NCBI GenBank assembly: GCA_028710275.1
Contig: JAQTUL010000007.1
Span: forward strand, 952-64,951
Length of the DNA stretch: 64,000 nt
Direction of reading: 5' to 3'
DNA from: Candidatus Colwellbacteria bacterium
GTDB taxonomy: Bacteria; Patescibacteriota; Minisyncoccia; UBA6257; Colwellbacteraceae
Below are positions 53,308-63,834 of this stretch, one piece after another. Below the pieces are notes generated by a model that was not told the DNA's origin, searched no databases, and saw only the letters and a list, made by a program, of their open reading frames with translations. Position numbers and translations under genes: made by a program. Numbering within the stretch: position 1 is the first letter of the stretch; each line of letters starts with the position of its first letter.

Positions 53308-56013
53308 GTGAATGGAGTTTCGCCGATATTCTTAGGGCTAGCCCTTCTTCCTGCTATAATTTTACAGATGAACTGGCACTCTATCCCGATAAAAGAGATA
53401 GCGGATACTTTGAAAACCGATATCCAACTCGGTCTTTCAGAGGCAGATTTTCGGAGGCGGTCAAAAGAACAGGGGCACAATGAGCTTCCTCGTCCTAAGC
53501 CTTTCACTAAGATTCAGATACTTGCGGCTCAATTTAAGAATCCCTTAATACTGATTCTTGTTGGCGCTGGGATTATAACGGTTTTTCTGCGGGATTTTTC
53601 GGATACAGCCATAATAGCGGTAACCATAGCTATAAATACTCTCTTCGGTTATTTCCAGGAGTTGAAGACATCTAAGATATTAGAATCTTTACGGAAGGCA
53701 GTGAAGACAAAAGCTTTTGTCATAAGAGACGGAGGAGAAAAAGAGATTGATCAAGAACATCTTGTTCCTGGAGATATAGTCATCGTGAAGACCGGTTCAA
53801 AAATTCCAGCGGACGGCAGAGTCATTTTTGCGAACGAACTAAGAGTGAATGAATCCGTATTGACTGGAGAGTGGCTTTCGGTCGAAAAGACTTCGGCGGT
53901 CGTTGCAGTCGATTCTCCTGTGGCTGACAGAAGTTCTATGGTCCATATGGGAACGATAGTGGAAGGCGGCGAAGGAAAGATTATTGTTACCGGTACGGGT
54001 AAAAATACCGAGATTGGCCGCGTCGTCGAGGCGACCGAGGGGATAAAAGAGGAACAGACCCCGTATCAGAAGAAGCTTAGCGGGTTATCCCGACTTATAG
54101 GGATACTCGTAACAGTCGCTGTTCTATTGATATTCACTGAGGGTATTCTGACGGGAGGAAATCCAAGGGAAATATTTTTAATCTCGGTCGCTGTAGCTGT
54201 AGCCGCCATTCCTGAGGGTCTGCCGATGGCCATGTCCGTCATTCTAGCGGTAGGCTCTCAACAGATACTTAGAAAGAAAGGATTAGTTCGCCGCTTGGCG
54301 TCCGCTGAGACGCTGGGTAGTACGAATATAATATTAATGGATAAGACGGGAACGCTGACCGAGGCGAAGATGAAGGTGTCGGGAATATATGCCGGAGAAA
54401 ATATTTTTAGCGATAATGTTGAGCAGCCTGGTAATGACATGACTTTTTCCGCGATGACCGCTCTAAAGTCGGCAGTCTTGTCAAATGAGGCGTTCATAGA
54501 GAACTTCGACGGGCCAATGGACAAGTGGATTATTCGGGGACGCCCTACAGAGAGAGCTGTTGTGGAGGCGGGGATAAAAGCAGGAATAATAAAAAGAGAA
54601 ATTGAGAAGAAGGAGATAAAGGTATCAGAGATAGTCTTTAGTTCCGAATGGCGATATTCCGCCGTTCTTCATGAGGATGCGGATGGAAGCAAGAACGTAT
54701 ATTCAATGGGCGCTCCTGAAGCGATATTGGAAAAAGTATCGGGTATCCAAATGGGCAATAAGGTGGTCCGTATCACCAAAAAAGAGATAGAAGCGATAAT
54801 AAATAAATCGACAGAACTCGCTTCTGGAGGAGCGAGGGTCATTGCGACTGCTAGAAAAGAGATGAAGGATCACGATGATTTGAATCGAGATCTTTCAGAT
54901 ATGATATTTACCGGACTCATTATTCTTACTGATCCAATAAGAAAGGAGGTGGAACATGCGCTTAATTCCTGCAGGCGTGCCGGAATAAGGCCGATAATCA
55001 TCACTGGAGATAATGCGTTGACGGCTCAAAACATAGCAAACTCTCTAGGGTTCGAGGCGCGCAGCGATAATATAATGGAAGGTAATGAATTGGATGAAAT
55101 ATCCGATGATGACCTTCCGGACCGCATAGTCGACATAAAGATATTCGCCAGAGTAGCTCCTGTTCAGAAATTACGCATTGTCTCCGCGTGGCAGAAGAGA
55201 GGTCAGGTTGTTGCAATGACGGGAGACGGTGTAAATGACGCTCCAGCTATCAAAAAGGCCGATATCGGCATTGCTCTTGGGTCAGGAACTGATGCCGCTA
55301 AAGAGGCTGCTGATTTTATTCTTCTGGATGATAGCTTTGTTGTTATCGAGACTGCAATCGAGGAAGGAAGAAGGATACTCGATAATATACAGAAAGTGAT
55401 TACTTATCTCCTTTCAGACAGCTTTACTGAAACATTACTAGTCGGAACAGCTCTCTTTATTGGCTTACCGATACCTGTGACCGCGGCGCAGATATTGTGG
55501 ATTAACCTAATTGAAGATGGCCTACCGAATGTTGCACTAGCCTTTGAGCCGAAGGAGCAGGGTATTATGTTGAGAAAGCCGAACAAGAAAGAGGATTCTC
55601 TTATAAATCAGGAGATGAAGATTATTATATTCGTAATAGGAGCGATTACTAATATCATATTAGTGGGAATATTTCTCGTTTTATCGTCTTGGGACCTTGA
55701 TCTTAATACTGTGAGGACGGTTGTATTTGCCCTTCTCGCCGTTAATTCCCTTTTTTATTCTTTTAGCTGTAAGAATCTGAGAAAAAATATCTGGGAAATA
55801 AATATTTTATCGAACAAACTACTGGTATTTTCGAGTGTCTTCGGCCTCGTTGCACTCCTATCAGCTGTCTATGTTCCTTTTCTTAATATGATATTAGGGA
55901 CGGTTCCGATAGCTTGGTCTTTCTGGTATTTAATATCGGGACTCGCGGTTATCAATGTATTCCTGATAGAGGTGGCTAAATATTATTTCATAAAAAATAA
56001 ACTGACCGAATGA
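53308..56013 (+). CDS. P-type ATPase, Ca2+-transporting (P2-type, SERCA/PMCA-like); start ambiguous (GTG at 53308 or ATG at 53368)
   Basis: DKTGTLT phosphorylation motif, TGDN, GDGVNDAPAIKKADIG, 10 TM helices, N-terminal SERCA-like cation-ATPase_N pattern. Confidence 0.9.
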   Translation: MNGVSPIFLGLALLPAIILQMNWHSIPIKEIADTLKTDIQLGLSEADFRRRSKEQGHNELPRPKPFTKIQILAAQFKNPLILILVGAGIITVFLRDFSDTAIIAVTIAINTLFGYFQELKTSKILESLRKAVKTKAFVIRDGGEKEIDQEHLVPGDIVIVKTGSKIPADGRVIFANELRVNESVLTGEWLSVEKTSAVVAVDSPVADRSSMVHMGTIVEGGEGKIIVTGTGKNTEIGRVVEATEGIKEEQTPYQKKLSGLSRLIGILVTVAVLLIFTEGILTGGNPREIFLISVAVAVAAIPEGLPMAMSVILAVGSQQILRKKGLVRRLASAETLGSTNIILMDKTGTLTEAKMKVSGIYAGENIFSDNVEQPGNDMTFSAMTALKSAVLSNEAFIENFDGPMDKWIIRGRPTERAVVEAGIKAGIIKREIEKKEIKVSEIVFSSEWRYSAVLHEDADGSKNVYSMGAPEAILEKVSGIQMGNKVVRITKKEIEAIINKSTELASGGARVIATARKEMKDHDDLNRDLSDMIFTGLIILTDPIRKEVEHALNSCRRAGIRPIIITGDNALTAQNIANSLGFEARSDNIMEGNELDEISDDDLPDRIVDIKIFARVAPVQKLRIVSAWQKRGQVVAMTGDGVNDAPAIKKADIGIALGSGTDAAKEAADFILLDDSFVVIETAIEEGRRILDNIQKVITYLLSDSFTETLLVGTALFIGLPIPVTAAQILWINLIEDGLPNVALAFEPKEQGIMLRKPNKKEDSLINQEMKIIIFVIGAITNIILVGIFLVLSSWDLDLNTVRTVVFALLAVNSLFYSFSCKNLRKNIWEINILSNKLLVFSSVFGLVALLSAVYVPFLNMILGTVPIAWSFWYLISGLAVINVFLIEVAKYYFIKNKLTE

Positions 56014-56972
56014 TAACAAGCGCAATAATGATTTTGATATGGATAGCAGTCCTCTATCTTTCCGGAAGAGTTATTATGGATTCTTTAGAGAAGGTCGCTC
56101 TAATATCGGGGGTGCAAAAGTTCATCGTGTCTTTTCTCATTATGGCGACCATAGCTTCGTTGCCTAATCTTTTCGTGGGAATCACGTCCGCGATTGACGG
56201 CGTGCCTCAATTGTCTTTTGGAGAAATAGCGGGCGGTAACGTCATTGATCTTACTCTCGCTCTGGCTCTCGCTGCCCTCTTATCTAAAAAGGGAATATCT
56301 TCCAGAGAGAAGACTACTAGAGTAACCGCTGTCTTCGCTGGCATATCCGGCGTTCTGCCTTTCATACTAACGCTCGACGGAGCGCTTACGAGAGCGGACG
56401 GAGTGATTCTTATAGGTTGCTTCATCGCTTATATGATATGGATACTTGGAAAGAGAAAAAGATTCGAAGAGATATATGAGAACGATGGAGCGCGGAAGAT
56501 GCGAAGAAAAGACATATTAAAAGAGGTGATAAAGGCAATCTTTGGAATGGGATTACTTCTTATTGCTTCGGCTGGCATAGTAAACGAAGCTTTATCACTG
56601 TCAGTGGCAGCAGGGATATCTATCGGAGCTATAGGTATCCTGATTGTCGGCCTCGGGAATACGCTTCCGGAGACCTATATGGCGATTGCCTCAGTAAGGA
56701 GCGGTAAACAGGATTTGGTTCTAGGTAACCTTTTGGGGTCGGTTATAACTCCGACACTACTGGTTCTCGGGATAGTGGCTCTTATTTCTCCTTTTGAAAT
56801 AGGGGATTCTTCGACATTCTTCATTACGAGGATCTTCCTTGCGATAGCAGTATTCTTCGCTGTTTTCTTCATATGGACCGGTAAAAAGATATTAAAAAAG
56901 GAAGGTATCGTCCTTCTTCTTATATATATTGCCTTTCTCGCATCAGAAGCGCTTCGGATATTCCTCGTATAG
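56010..56972 (+). CDS. Ca2+/cation antiporter (CaCA family, YrbG-like Na+/Ca2+ exchanger)
   Basis: two alpha-repeat motifs (GEIAGGNVIDLTLALA and GNTLPE...GNLLGSVIT) in a 10-TM protein; start overlaps the ATPase stop. Confidence 0.8.
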   Translation: MITSAIMILIWIAVLYLSGRVIMDSLEKVALISGVQKFIVSFLIMATIASLPNLFVGITSAIDGVPQLSFGEIAGGNVIDLTLALALAALLSKKGISSREKTTRVTAVFAGISGVLPFILTLDGALTRADGVILIGCFIAYMIWILGKRKRFEEIYENDGARKMRRKDILKEVIKAIFGMGLLLIASAGIVNEALSLSVAAGISIGAIGILIVGLGNTLPETYMAIASVRSGKQDLVLGNLLGSVITPTLLVLGIVALISPFEIGDSSTFFITRIFLAIAVFFAVFFIWTGKKILKKEGIVLLLIYIAFLASEALRIFLV

Positions 56973-57104
56973 TCGGTTAAGGATTGTCCTGATAAACTTA
57001 TATAGTTGGATTTCTCTTATGTGGTTGTATCTTTCTTTTTTGTTTTTTTGCGGTGGCGATAAGAGATTATCAGTATGATTCCATAAACATCGAGCTAAAA
57101 ATAA

Positions 57105-58241
57105 ATGATAAAAATAGACATCAAGGAAAAGAAAAAGGCTCCCGAAGGGGAATGGTCTACGATATTCGATTACAGGGAGGATATAGAGAAACTCCGGAAG
57201 GCCGTCAAGCAATATAGCGGGCGCAAATTAGTGGTCATAGGAAATGGAGGGTCGATAACGTCCTTCAGGGCATATCGTGACGCCCTTCGTCTTACGGATT
57301 CCTCGGTAATCGTCTGGACGATGGACCCGGATTACATAGCTGAAGTCAGAAAAAATTTTCCGGCGAAAGACTCAGTCGTGGTGATCGTCTCCAAGTCAGG
57401 AGAGGATATCGGTCCCATAGAGGAGCTTTTGGCGTTTCCGGAATATGAGACGGTGGTCGTCACTGAAAATAAAGAAAGCGCTCTTAGAAAGATGGCTGAA
57501 AAAGCCGGCTGGATGATAATAGATCATCCTCATATCGGAGGAAGATTTTCTGGCGGAACATCGTCGGCGCTTGTTCCGGCCATAATAGCCGGTATGGACG
57601 TGGAGGAGTTGGTGGCAGGGATGAGGCTTGGCTATTCCATGAGAGATGAGGCTTACTCCCTTGCTGAGAACCTTTTTAAGTCCGAACAGTCCGGATACAT
57701 AGAACTGTATACATCCATCTATGCATCGCTACTCTCAGGATTCGAAGACCTCTTTATCCAATTGATGCATGAATCGGTGTGTAAGGAAGGGAAAGGCCAG
57801 ACTGTATATGTGGCTTTTGGTCCAGATTCTCAACACCATACTAATGAGAGACTATTCGGCGGAAGAAAGAATATCTGCGTTCTATTTATAACAGTCGAGA
57901 ATCCGCAAGCTGATATAAGGATATCGATACCGGAGGTGTTCCATAATGTGACGTTCAAGGGCGGTAAAATAGGGGATTTGGACGGGGAGAATCTTAAGAT
58001 GGCTCTTAATGCCGAATATCTAGGGACAAAAATGGAGGCTGACAATGAAATGGTCCCAAACTTTACTATCTCCCTTAATGAGATAACGTCGAAGTCTATC
58101 GGCGAGCTTACAGCATTCATGCATCTATTGGCGTTCTATAGCGCGAAAATACGTGGCGTTGACCCTTTTGATCAGCCGGCCGTCGAAAGAAGTAAGAATA
58201 TAACTTTCGAGATACTGGCCGAAGAGAACGACGACGATTGA
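57105..58241 (+). CDS. pgi: glucose-6-phosphate isomerase, short form (paralog 1)
   Basis: VVIGNGGSITS (GxGGS) and HIGGRFSGGTSSALVPA (PGI signature GGR[FY]S) motifs; about 380 aa. Confidence 0.65.
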   Translation: MIKIDIKEKKKAPEGEWSTIFDYREDIEKLRKAVKQYSGRKLVVIGNGGSITSFRAYRDALRLTDSSVIVWTMDPDYIAEVRKNFPAKDSVVVIVSKSGEDIGPIEELLAFPEYETVVVTENKESALRKMAEKAGWMIIDHPHIGGRFSGGTSSALVPAIIAGMDVEELVAGMRLGYSMRDEAYSLAENLFKSEQSGYIELYTSIYASLLSGFEDLFIQLMHESVCKEGKGQTVYVAFGPDSQHHTNERLFGGRKNICVLFITVENPQADIRISIPEVFHNVTFKGGKIGDLDGENLKMALNAEYLGTKMEADNEMVPNFTISLNEITSKSIGELTAFMHLLAFYSAKIRGVDPFDQPAVERSKNITFEILAEENDDD

Positions 58242-58388
58242 AAGATACCCTTGTTGTAAAAGTGTTTCAGCAGCCCTTTACTTGACTTTTTCTCCTAAAT
58301 ATGATGTAATCCAAGGAGATCGCTGAGATTGATCAGCGGCCTCCGTCGCAAGACCGTTGTTATCTTGCACATTTAAAAAGAAAAAGGA

Positions 58389-58841
58389 GTGAGTGTTGTG
58401 GGACATAGAAAACCGACGCTCGGAGGATTAAAGAAGCTCAAAGAGGGATTTTCTCTCGCGGGTTTCGATCTGCCCATCTTACAGATGAATATCTGGAAGG
58501 GGTCTACTAGGGGCGGAAGAATAGGAATAGCGTTTGTGCCAGGTGAAGGAGACACTATATCGATCGATGAAGCTATCAAAAAATATGGAGAGGGCTATAG
58601 GGTAGAGGATGTCCGATTATGTAATGAGGATAAGAGTCTGGAGGTAATGTTTGTATCTGAATCACATAGTCTATTTCCTTGTATGGATGACGGCTTCAAC
58701 GAGGTTGAGATTCTATGCTCCAAAAATGATCCAGAGTTCATAAATTTTTTGGAATCGGAGGTTTGCGGGAAACTGATTTATATCGCGCAGAAAGGTATTT
58801 TTTGGCAATCTTTATTCAATAGGCTTTTCAGCCGAGTTTGA
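58389..58841 (+). CDS. hypothetical protein
   Basis: 150-aa ORF between the two pgi paralogs; no recognised family. Confidence 0.35.
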   Translation: MSVVGHRKPTLGGLKKLKEGFSLAGFDLPILQMNIWKGSTRGGRIGIAFVPGEGDTISIDEAIKKYGEGYRVEDVRLCNEDKSLEVMFVSESHSLFPCMDDGFNEVEILCSKNDPEFINFLESEVCGKLIYIAQKGIFWQSLFNRLFSRV

Positions 58842-59146
58842 AAAAAGAAAGCGCGCTTAGCCCTCTTTAGAAATATATTCTAAAGAGGGCTTTTTAATAT
58901 CGAAAAAATTTCGTAAAAGTTTTCGGCATAAATAATAAAGAGTCACCACTTGACCTTTTATTTATAAGGTGTCAATTGATGGGTATTTGTATCATCCAGC
59001 GATATAGCATGTAAAAAGCGTCAGAATTGGAACAATGTGGCACTTGGGATAAAATTAAGAAGTAAGCGTATTTTACTATTCATGATAATTGTGGCCTAGC
59101 CTTATTTTCTAAATACAATATCGGTGATATAAGTGCTTAAGTTCCA

Positions 59147-60280
59147 ATGATAGAGGTTAAATCGATAAATAAGATTCGTGCTTCGTCTGAGCTGCCTGAA
59201 ATATTTTCCTATAAAGAGGATCTGGATCTTTTGCGTTCCCAACTTTCTCCATATATAGGGAAGAAGGTAATCGTAGTAGGAAACGGGGGGTCAATAACAT
59301 CGTTCCAAACTTATAGGGAAGCGTTCGGAAAAGAGAATGAATCCCAAATAGTGTGGTCTATGGATCCTCACTTAATAGAGAAAACTAGAAAAAACTTCTC
59401 TCCTGAAGAGTCAGTCGTCGTTGCCATATCTAAATCTGGTAATACGATTGGAGCGATTGTGGCGCTCTCATGTTTTCCAGAATACGAGACCATAGCTGTT
59501 TTTGAAGATACTAAGAACGCTTTGCGCGACCTATCTCTGACTAAAGGCTGGATGACAATAAGTCATCCAACTATAGGAGGAAGATTTTCTGGCGGAACTT
59601 CATCTGCTTTCGTTCCGGCAATGATAATCGGAATAGACGTTTCTGCGATAGCTGAAGGGATGACTGATGGATACCTAATGAAGGATGAGGCTTATTCTCT
59701 TGCAAAGGGCCTTTTTGATCTAGAGGAGCAAGGATATACAGAACTTTATGTGCCTATATATTCATCTGCCTTGTCGGGGATTAAGGATCTCTTTATCCAA
59801 CTGATGCATGAATCGGTATGTAAAGACGGAAGGGGTCAAACTGTATATGCGGCAATGGGCCCGGAATGCCAACATCATACTAATCAGAGATTTTTCGGAG
59901 GAAGAAAGAACGTTGCGGCACTTTTCATTGCGATGGATAGCCTTTCTTCGGATGCTTTTGTATCAATTCCTCAGGATGCATTTGAGGTAAAGGCAAAAGG
60001 GGTACCGCTCAGGGTACTTCATAATCTTCCTTTGCGGAAAGCTCTTGAGGCTGAATATCTTGGCACAAGGAGGAATGCCGAAGAAGAGGGTATCCCTGTT
60101 TTCGATATTAAGATATCCGATTCCTCGCATAGGACTATCGGTGAGCTGGTTGCCTTTCTTCATTTACTTGCCTTCTATAGCGCGGATCTGAGAGGGGTTA
60201 ACCCTTTTGATCAGCCGGCCGTCGAAAGGAGCAAGAATATAACGATAGATATATTGGGATCGAGAAGGGAAGAATTTTAA
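59147..60280 (+). CDS. pgi: glucose-6-phosphate isomerase, short form (paralog 2)
   Basis: VVGNGGSITS and TIGGRFSGGTSSAFVPA; about 65-70% identical to paralog 1 by eye. Confidence 0.65.
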   Translation: MIEVKSINKIRASSELPEIFSYKEDLDLLRSQLSPYIGKKVIVVGNGGSITSFQTYREAFGKENESQIVWSMDPHLIEKTRKNFSPEESVVVAISKSGNTIGAIVALSCFPEYETIAVFEDTKNALRDLSLTKGWMTISHPTIGGRFSGGTSSAFVPAMIIGIDVSAIAEGMTDGYLMKDEAYSLAKGLFDLEEQGYTELYVPIYSSALSGIKDLFIQLMHESVCKDGRGQTVYAAMGPECQHHTNQRFFGGRKNVAALFIAMDSLSSDAFVSIPQDAFEVKAKGVPLRVLHNLPLRKALEAEYLGTRRNAEEEGIPVFDIKISDSSHRTIGELVAFLHLLAFYSADLRGVNPFDQPAVERSKNITIDILGSRREEF

Positions 60281-60285
60281 ATACG

Positions 60286-60969
60286 ATGCATCTAGCAATA
60301 ATACCCGACGGAAATAGAAGGTGGGCCAAACAAAAAGGACTTCCTTCTTTTTTAGGCCATAAAACGGGGGCTGACACTATGGAGCAGACTATCGCCAGCG
60401 CATTCGACCTAGATGTAGAATACCTGACCATCTGGGGGGCATCGACGGCAAATGTGACAGAAAGGGATCCTAAGGAGATAGATTTTCTTTTCTCGGTTTT
60501 TAAGAATAGCTTTGAAAAGCTCATAGCATCGCCAGAAATTTCTGACCGACGGGTTCGAGTGAGAATACTTGGCGAGTGGAGAGTTTTATTCCCGGAGCCG
60601 CTTAAAAAAGTATACGAAGACATAATAGAGAAGACCGAGAAAAACGACGGCCCTTCCCTTACCTTTATGATGGCCTATAGCGGAACAGGAGAGATATTAA
60701 GGGCTGTGGATATACTCAGGGCTACCAGTCCCGACATCGTAATAGATAGGGATAGTATTAAAAGATCGCTTATGACACACGATCTTCCGGCAGTGGACCT
60801 TGTGATAAGGACGGGTGGTGAGCCTCATTGGTCGGATGGGTTCATGATGTGGGATACAGCTAATTCTCAACTTTATTTCACAGAGACCTTATGGCCGGAT
60901 TTTTCTAAGGAAGAACTTGCAAAAGTAGTGGAGCAATACAGATCTACCGAAAGGAGGATGGGTAAATAG
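60286..60969 (+). CDS. uppS: isoprenyl transferase (undecaprenyl-diphosphate synthase)
   Basis: HLAIIPDGNRRWA substrate-binding motif, conserved RTGGE...SDGF C-terminal region. Confidence 0.9.
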   Translation: MHLAIIPDGNRRWAKQKGLPSFLGHKTGADTMEQTIASAFDLDVEYLTIWGASTANVTERDPKEIDFLFSVFKNSFEKLIASPEISDRRVRVRILGEWRVLFPEPLKKVYEDIIEKTEKNDGPSLTFMMAYSGTGEILRAVDILRATSPDIVIDRDSIKRSLMTHDLPAVDLVIRTGGEPHWSDGFMMWDTANSQLYFTETLWPDFSKEELAKVVEQYRSTERRMGK

Positions 60970-61016
60970 CGTATCCCTGATGACGGGAACTAAAATCGGA
61001 TATAATGAGATAACAT

Positions 61017-61616
61017 ATGACTGAGGAGGAGAGGACAGAATCATTGCGTAAAATAAAGGAAGAGATCCTTATACTTAAGGAGTCTCCTTTATATATCGAG
61101 CGCGTGAATAATAAAGTCTTTCCGGTGATAGGAGAAGGGAGTCATCAGGCTAAAATTATGTTTATAGGTGAGGCTCCCGGGAAAAATGAAGCAGCGACTG
61201 GCAGGCCGTTCTGCGGTGTATCAGGAAAACTTCTCGATGAACTTCTTTCCTCTATAGGCGTAGAGAGGTCGAGTGTCTATATCACAAACATCGTGAAAGA
61301 TAGACCGCCGATGAACCGCGATCCTTCTCCGGAAGAGATAGCGCTCTATGCTCCGTTTTTGGATAGACAGATAGATATAATACAACCTTCAGTCATAGCG
61401 ACCCTCGGAAGGTTCTCGATGGATTATATAATGAGGAAGTTTGGTCTCGATGAAAGTATCGAACCTATAAGTAAGATACACGGTAGGATGTTTAGCGCTC
61501 CTGCTTCATATGGCGAGGTGAGGATATCACCTTTTTTTCATCCGGCCGTTGCGATATATGACAGGTCTAAGTTTCCTGTCCTTCAGAAAGATTTCCAAGT
61601 TTTAAAAGAAATATGA
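61017..61616 (+). CDS. uracil-DNA glycosylase, family 4
   Basis: GEAPGKNEAATGRPFCGVSGKLL (GE[AG]PG..E...G.PF.G..G) and HPA motifs. Confidence 0.8.
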   Translation: MTEEERTESLRKIKEEILILKESPLYIERVNNKVFPVIGEGSHQAKIMFIGEAPGKNEAATGRPFCGVSGKLLDELLSSIGVERSSVYITNIVKDRPPMNRDPSPEEIALYAPFLDRQIDIIQPSVIATLGRFSMDYIMRKFGLDESIEPISKIHGRMFSAPASYGEVRISPFFHPAVAIYDRSKFPVLQKDFQVLKEI

Positions 61617-62743
61617 TCGAGATAAAAGAGGGTCAAGTCACACCCAAAGGGATGGTGATAAGAGCTTGCGTGGCCGTCGTCTTCATGATGGCTGCGGCCT
61701 TTGGTTTTTGGATGGTATTCTCTCCGGTAAACGCGGAACCGGAGCCGGAAGACCTTTCAGGTAATCTTGCCAAAGCGACGGAAATAAGGACTGAATCGGA
61801 GAAGGTGTTTATGATAGCGGTCGGCGACATAATGCTCGACAGACACGTTCTTGCTCTTACCATGAAGGATGGTAAATACGACTATCCATTCAGGAAGATA
61901 GATGATTATCTTTCGAGAGCTGATATCCGCTTTGGAAATCTTGAAAGCCCCATGACGTCCAATAGCTCGAAGGCGCTCACGACGAACGGCATGACATTCA
62001 CAATCCCTACCGATTATCTTTCTCCGCTCGCGGACAGGTTTGATGTTCTAAGTCTTGCAAATAATCATATGCTCGATTTCGGAGAAGAAGGTTTTAGAGA
62101 GACTAAAGTCAATCTTTCGGGCAAGGGAATAGATTTTTTCGGCGACTATCTAAATAGGGGAGACAATACCTCTACGATAGTTAAGAAAAATGGGATAAAG
62201 ATTGGTTTTGTTGGATACCATGAACTTTCCAGAAAAGGATTTGATAACGTTCTTATGGATATAAGAAAGACGGACGCTATCTGCGATATGACGATAGCTG
62301 TTCCTCATTGGGGAGAGGAGTATGCGGCCGAAGAAAACGAACTTCAGAGGAAGGAAGCTGAACAGATGATAGATGCCGGAGCAGATCTTGTTATTGGCGG
62401 TCATCCGCACGTCGTCCAGCCGGTATCATCCTATAAAGGAAAGGCAATATTTTGGAGCTTGGGCAATTTTGTCTTCGACCAGTATTTTTCTGCCGAGACT
62501 ATGAAAGCCCTCTCAGTTACAATAGAGGCAACCAAGGAGAGGGATGGAAAGATATCTTTGAGATACGGTTTAGTCCCTATAGCAATAGACAAAGCGAGTC
62601 AGCCGGCCGTCATGGAGAGAGAGCCTGCTAAGGAGTTACTTGCGGATATTGCTTCGAGATCGGATGTATCACTGGAGCAGAAGAACGAGATTGAGAGCGG
62701 AACGTTCCTTCCTGCTAAAGAGAACGGAACGCGTCTTCCTTGA
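61613..62743 (+). CDS. CapA/PgsA-family metallophosphatase-like protein (poly-gamma-glutamate capsule synthesis-like)
   Basis: N-terminal TM anchor, VGDIMLDR, GNLE, NNH, GGHPH metallophosphatase-like motifs typical of CapA. Confidence 0.7.
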   Translation: MIEIKEGQVTPKGMVIRACVAVVFMMAAAFGFWMVFSPVNAEPEPEDLSGNLAKATEIRTESEKVFMIAVGDIMLDRHVLALTMKDGKYDYPFRKIDDYLSRADIRFGNLESPMTSNSSKALTTNGMTFTIPTDYLSPLADRFDVLSLANNHMLDFGEEGFRETKVNLSGKGIDFFGDYLNRGDNTSTIVKKNGIKIGFVGYHELSRKGFDNVLMDIRKTDAICDMTIAVPHWGEEYAAEENELQRKEAEQMIDAGADLVIGGHPHVVQPVSSYKGKAIFWSLGNFVFDQYFSAETMKALSVTIEATKERDGKISLRYGLVPIAIDKASQPAVMEREPAKELLADIASRSDVSLEQKNEIESGTFLPAKENGTRLP

Positions 62744-62816
62744 TGAAAAGAAAGGCGTTTTTTGATATGATTAAAGGGCCAAGAAAAAGAAAGGTCGAAA
62801 AACAAATAACATAAAA

Positions 62817-63518
62817 ATGATCTATTTACAGAGTTGGAGCGATGTATGGTATCAGGCCATGATGGGAGTATTGAACGGAGTGTTTGGTTTTGTACCCAAT
62901 ATTCTCGGAGCGATAATTTTCCTCATCGTCGGATTACTTGTCGCGCGTGCTTTGGACTTCGCGGTATTGAAGATAATCTCGTTCATCAAGCTCGATTCCG
63001 TTCTTCGGAAGCTCGGCCTTGATCGCTATCTTCAGCGTGCCGGTGTCGCTTTGAATTCCGGCGCTTTCTTAGGTAAGGTCGTCTACTGGATTGTGATGCT
63101 CGTCTTCGCGATTGGCATCTTCGACATCCTTGGACTTATGACCCTTTCGGCTTTCGTTAACGATGCCCTTAGGTGGATATTCTCCAGGCTGATCGTCGCT
63201 GTAATAATCCTCTTTGTCGCTGCTTTCCTTGCTCAGTTTATTCGCCGCGTCGTTGACGCCGCAATAATGGGCGCAAAGCTGCATTCGGCAAAGTTCCTCG
63301 GAGCCCTTACCTGGTGGATCGTGATGATATTCGGTGTGATTGCGTCTTTGGACAGGCTCGGTATCGATACCGGCTTCATCCAGACTAATCTTACAAATAT
63401 CATCCTGATCATTACCGCTTCCGTCGGTTTAGCCCTTGGTTTAGCCTTCGGTTTAGGCGGAAAAGAACAGGCCAGAAAAGTCCTCGAAAAACTCGAGGAA
63501 AAAATCGAAAATCGCTAG
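62817..63518 (+). CDS. conserved TM-helix-repeat membrane protein (MscS-N-terminal-like)
   Basis: repeated amphipathic/TM helix pattern similar to the TM_helix repeat family; coiled-coil tail. Confidence 0.5.
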   Translation: MIYLQSWSDVWYQAMMGVLNGVFGFVPNILGAIIFLIVGLLVARALDFAVLKIISFIKLDSVLRKLGLDRYLQRAGVALNSGAFLGKVVYWIVMLVFAIGIFDILGLMTLSAFVNDALRWIFSRLIVAVIILFVAAFLAQFIRRVVDAAIMGAKLHSAKFLGALTWWIVMIFGVIASLDRLGIDTGFIQTNLTNIILIITASVGLALGLAFGLGGKEQARKVLEKLEEKIENR

Positions 63519-63552
63519 TAATAATCAGTGTTTTTCGACCAGAAGCAACCTC

Positions 63553-63580
63553 TTGACAGAGGTTGCTTCTCTTGTATACT
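63553..63580 (+). promoter_or_regulatory. sigma70-like promoter (TTGACA, 16-nt spacer, TATACT) upstream of the 23S rRNA, overlapping the terminator hairpin of the preceding gene
   Basis: near-consensus -35/-10 with a 16-bp spacer read directly; hairpin AGAAGCAACCTCT...AGAGGTTGCTTCT at 63541..63571. Confidence 0.55.
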
Positions 63581-63834
63581 TATCCCCGTAGATGCACAGG
63601 TTGAACGGAACCAAGAGTAGGTCATAAACTAGCGCGGAGAAATCCGGCCAGTCACGGACCGCTCGAGGAGCGGTTTTTCAGTTCTGGATGTAACGACAGA
63701 AGTTTGACAATCGGAAAGTCAAAAAATACGTCTGTGAGCGAGTAGCTCACAAGATGGTAAACAGGTAAGAATCGTATTTTTATCCCCATTTGAAGTTAAT
63801 AAGCCTTCAGATGGGAATCATTGGTTTTTAAGTG

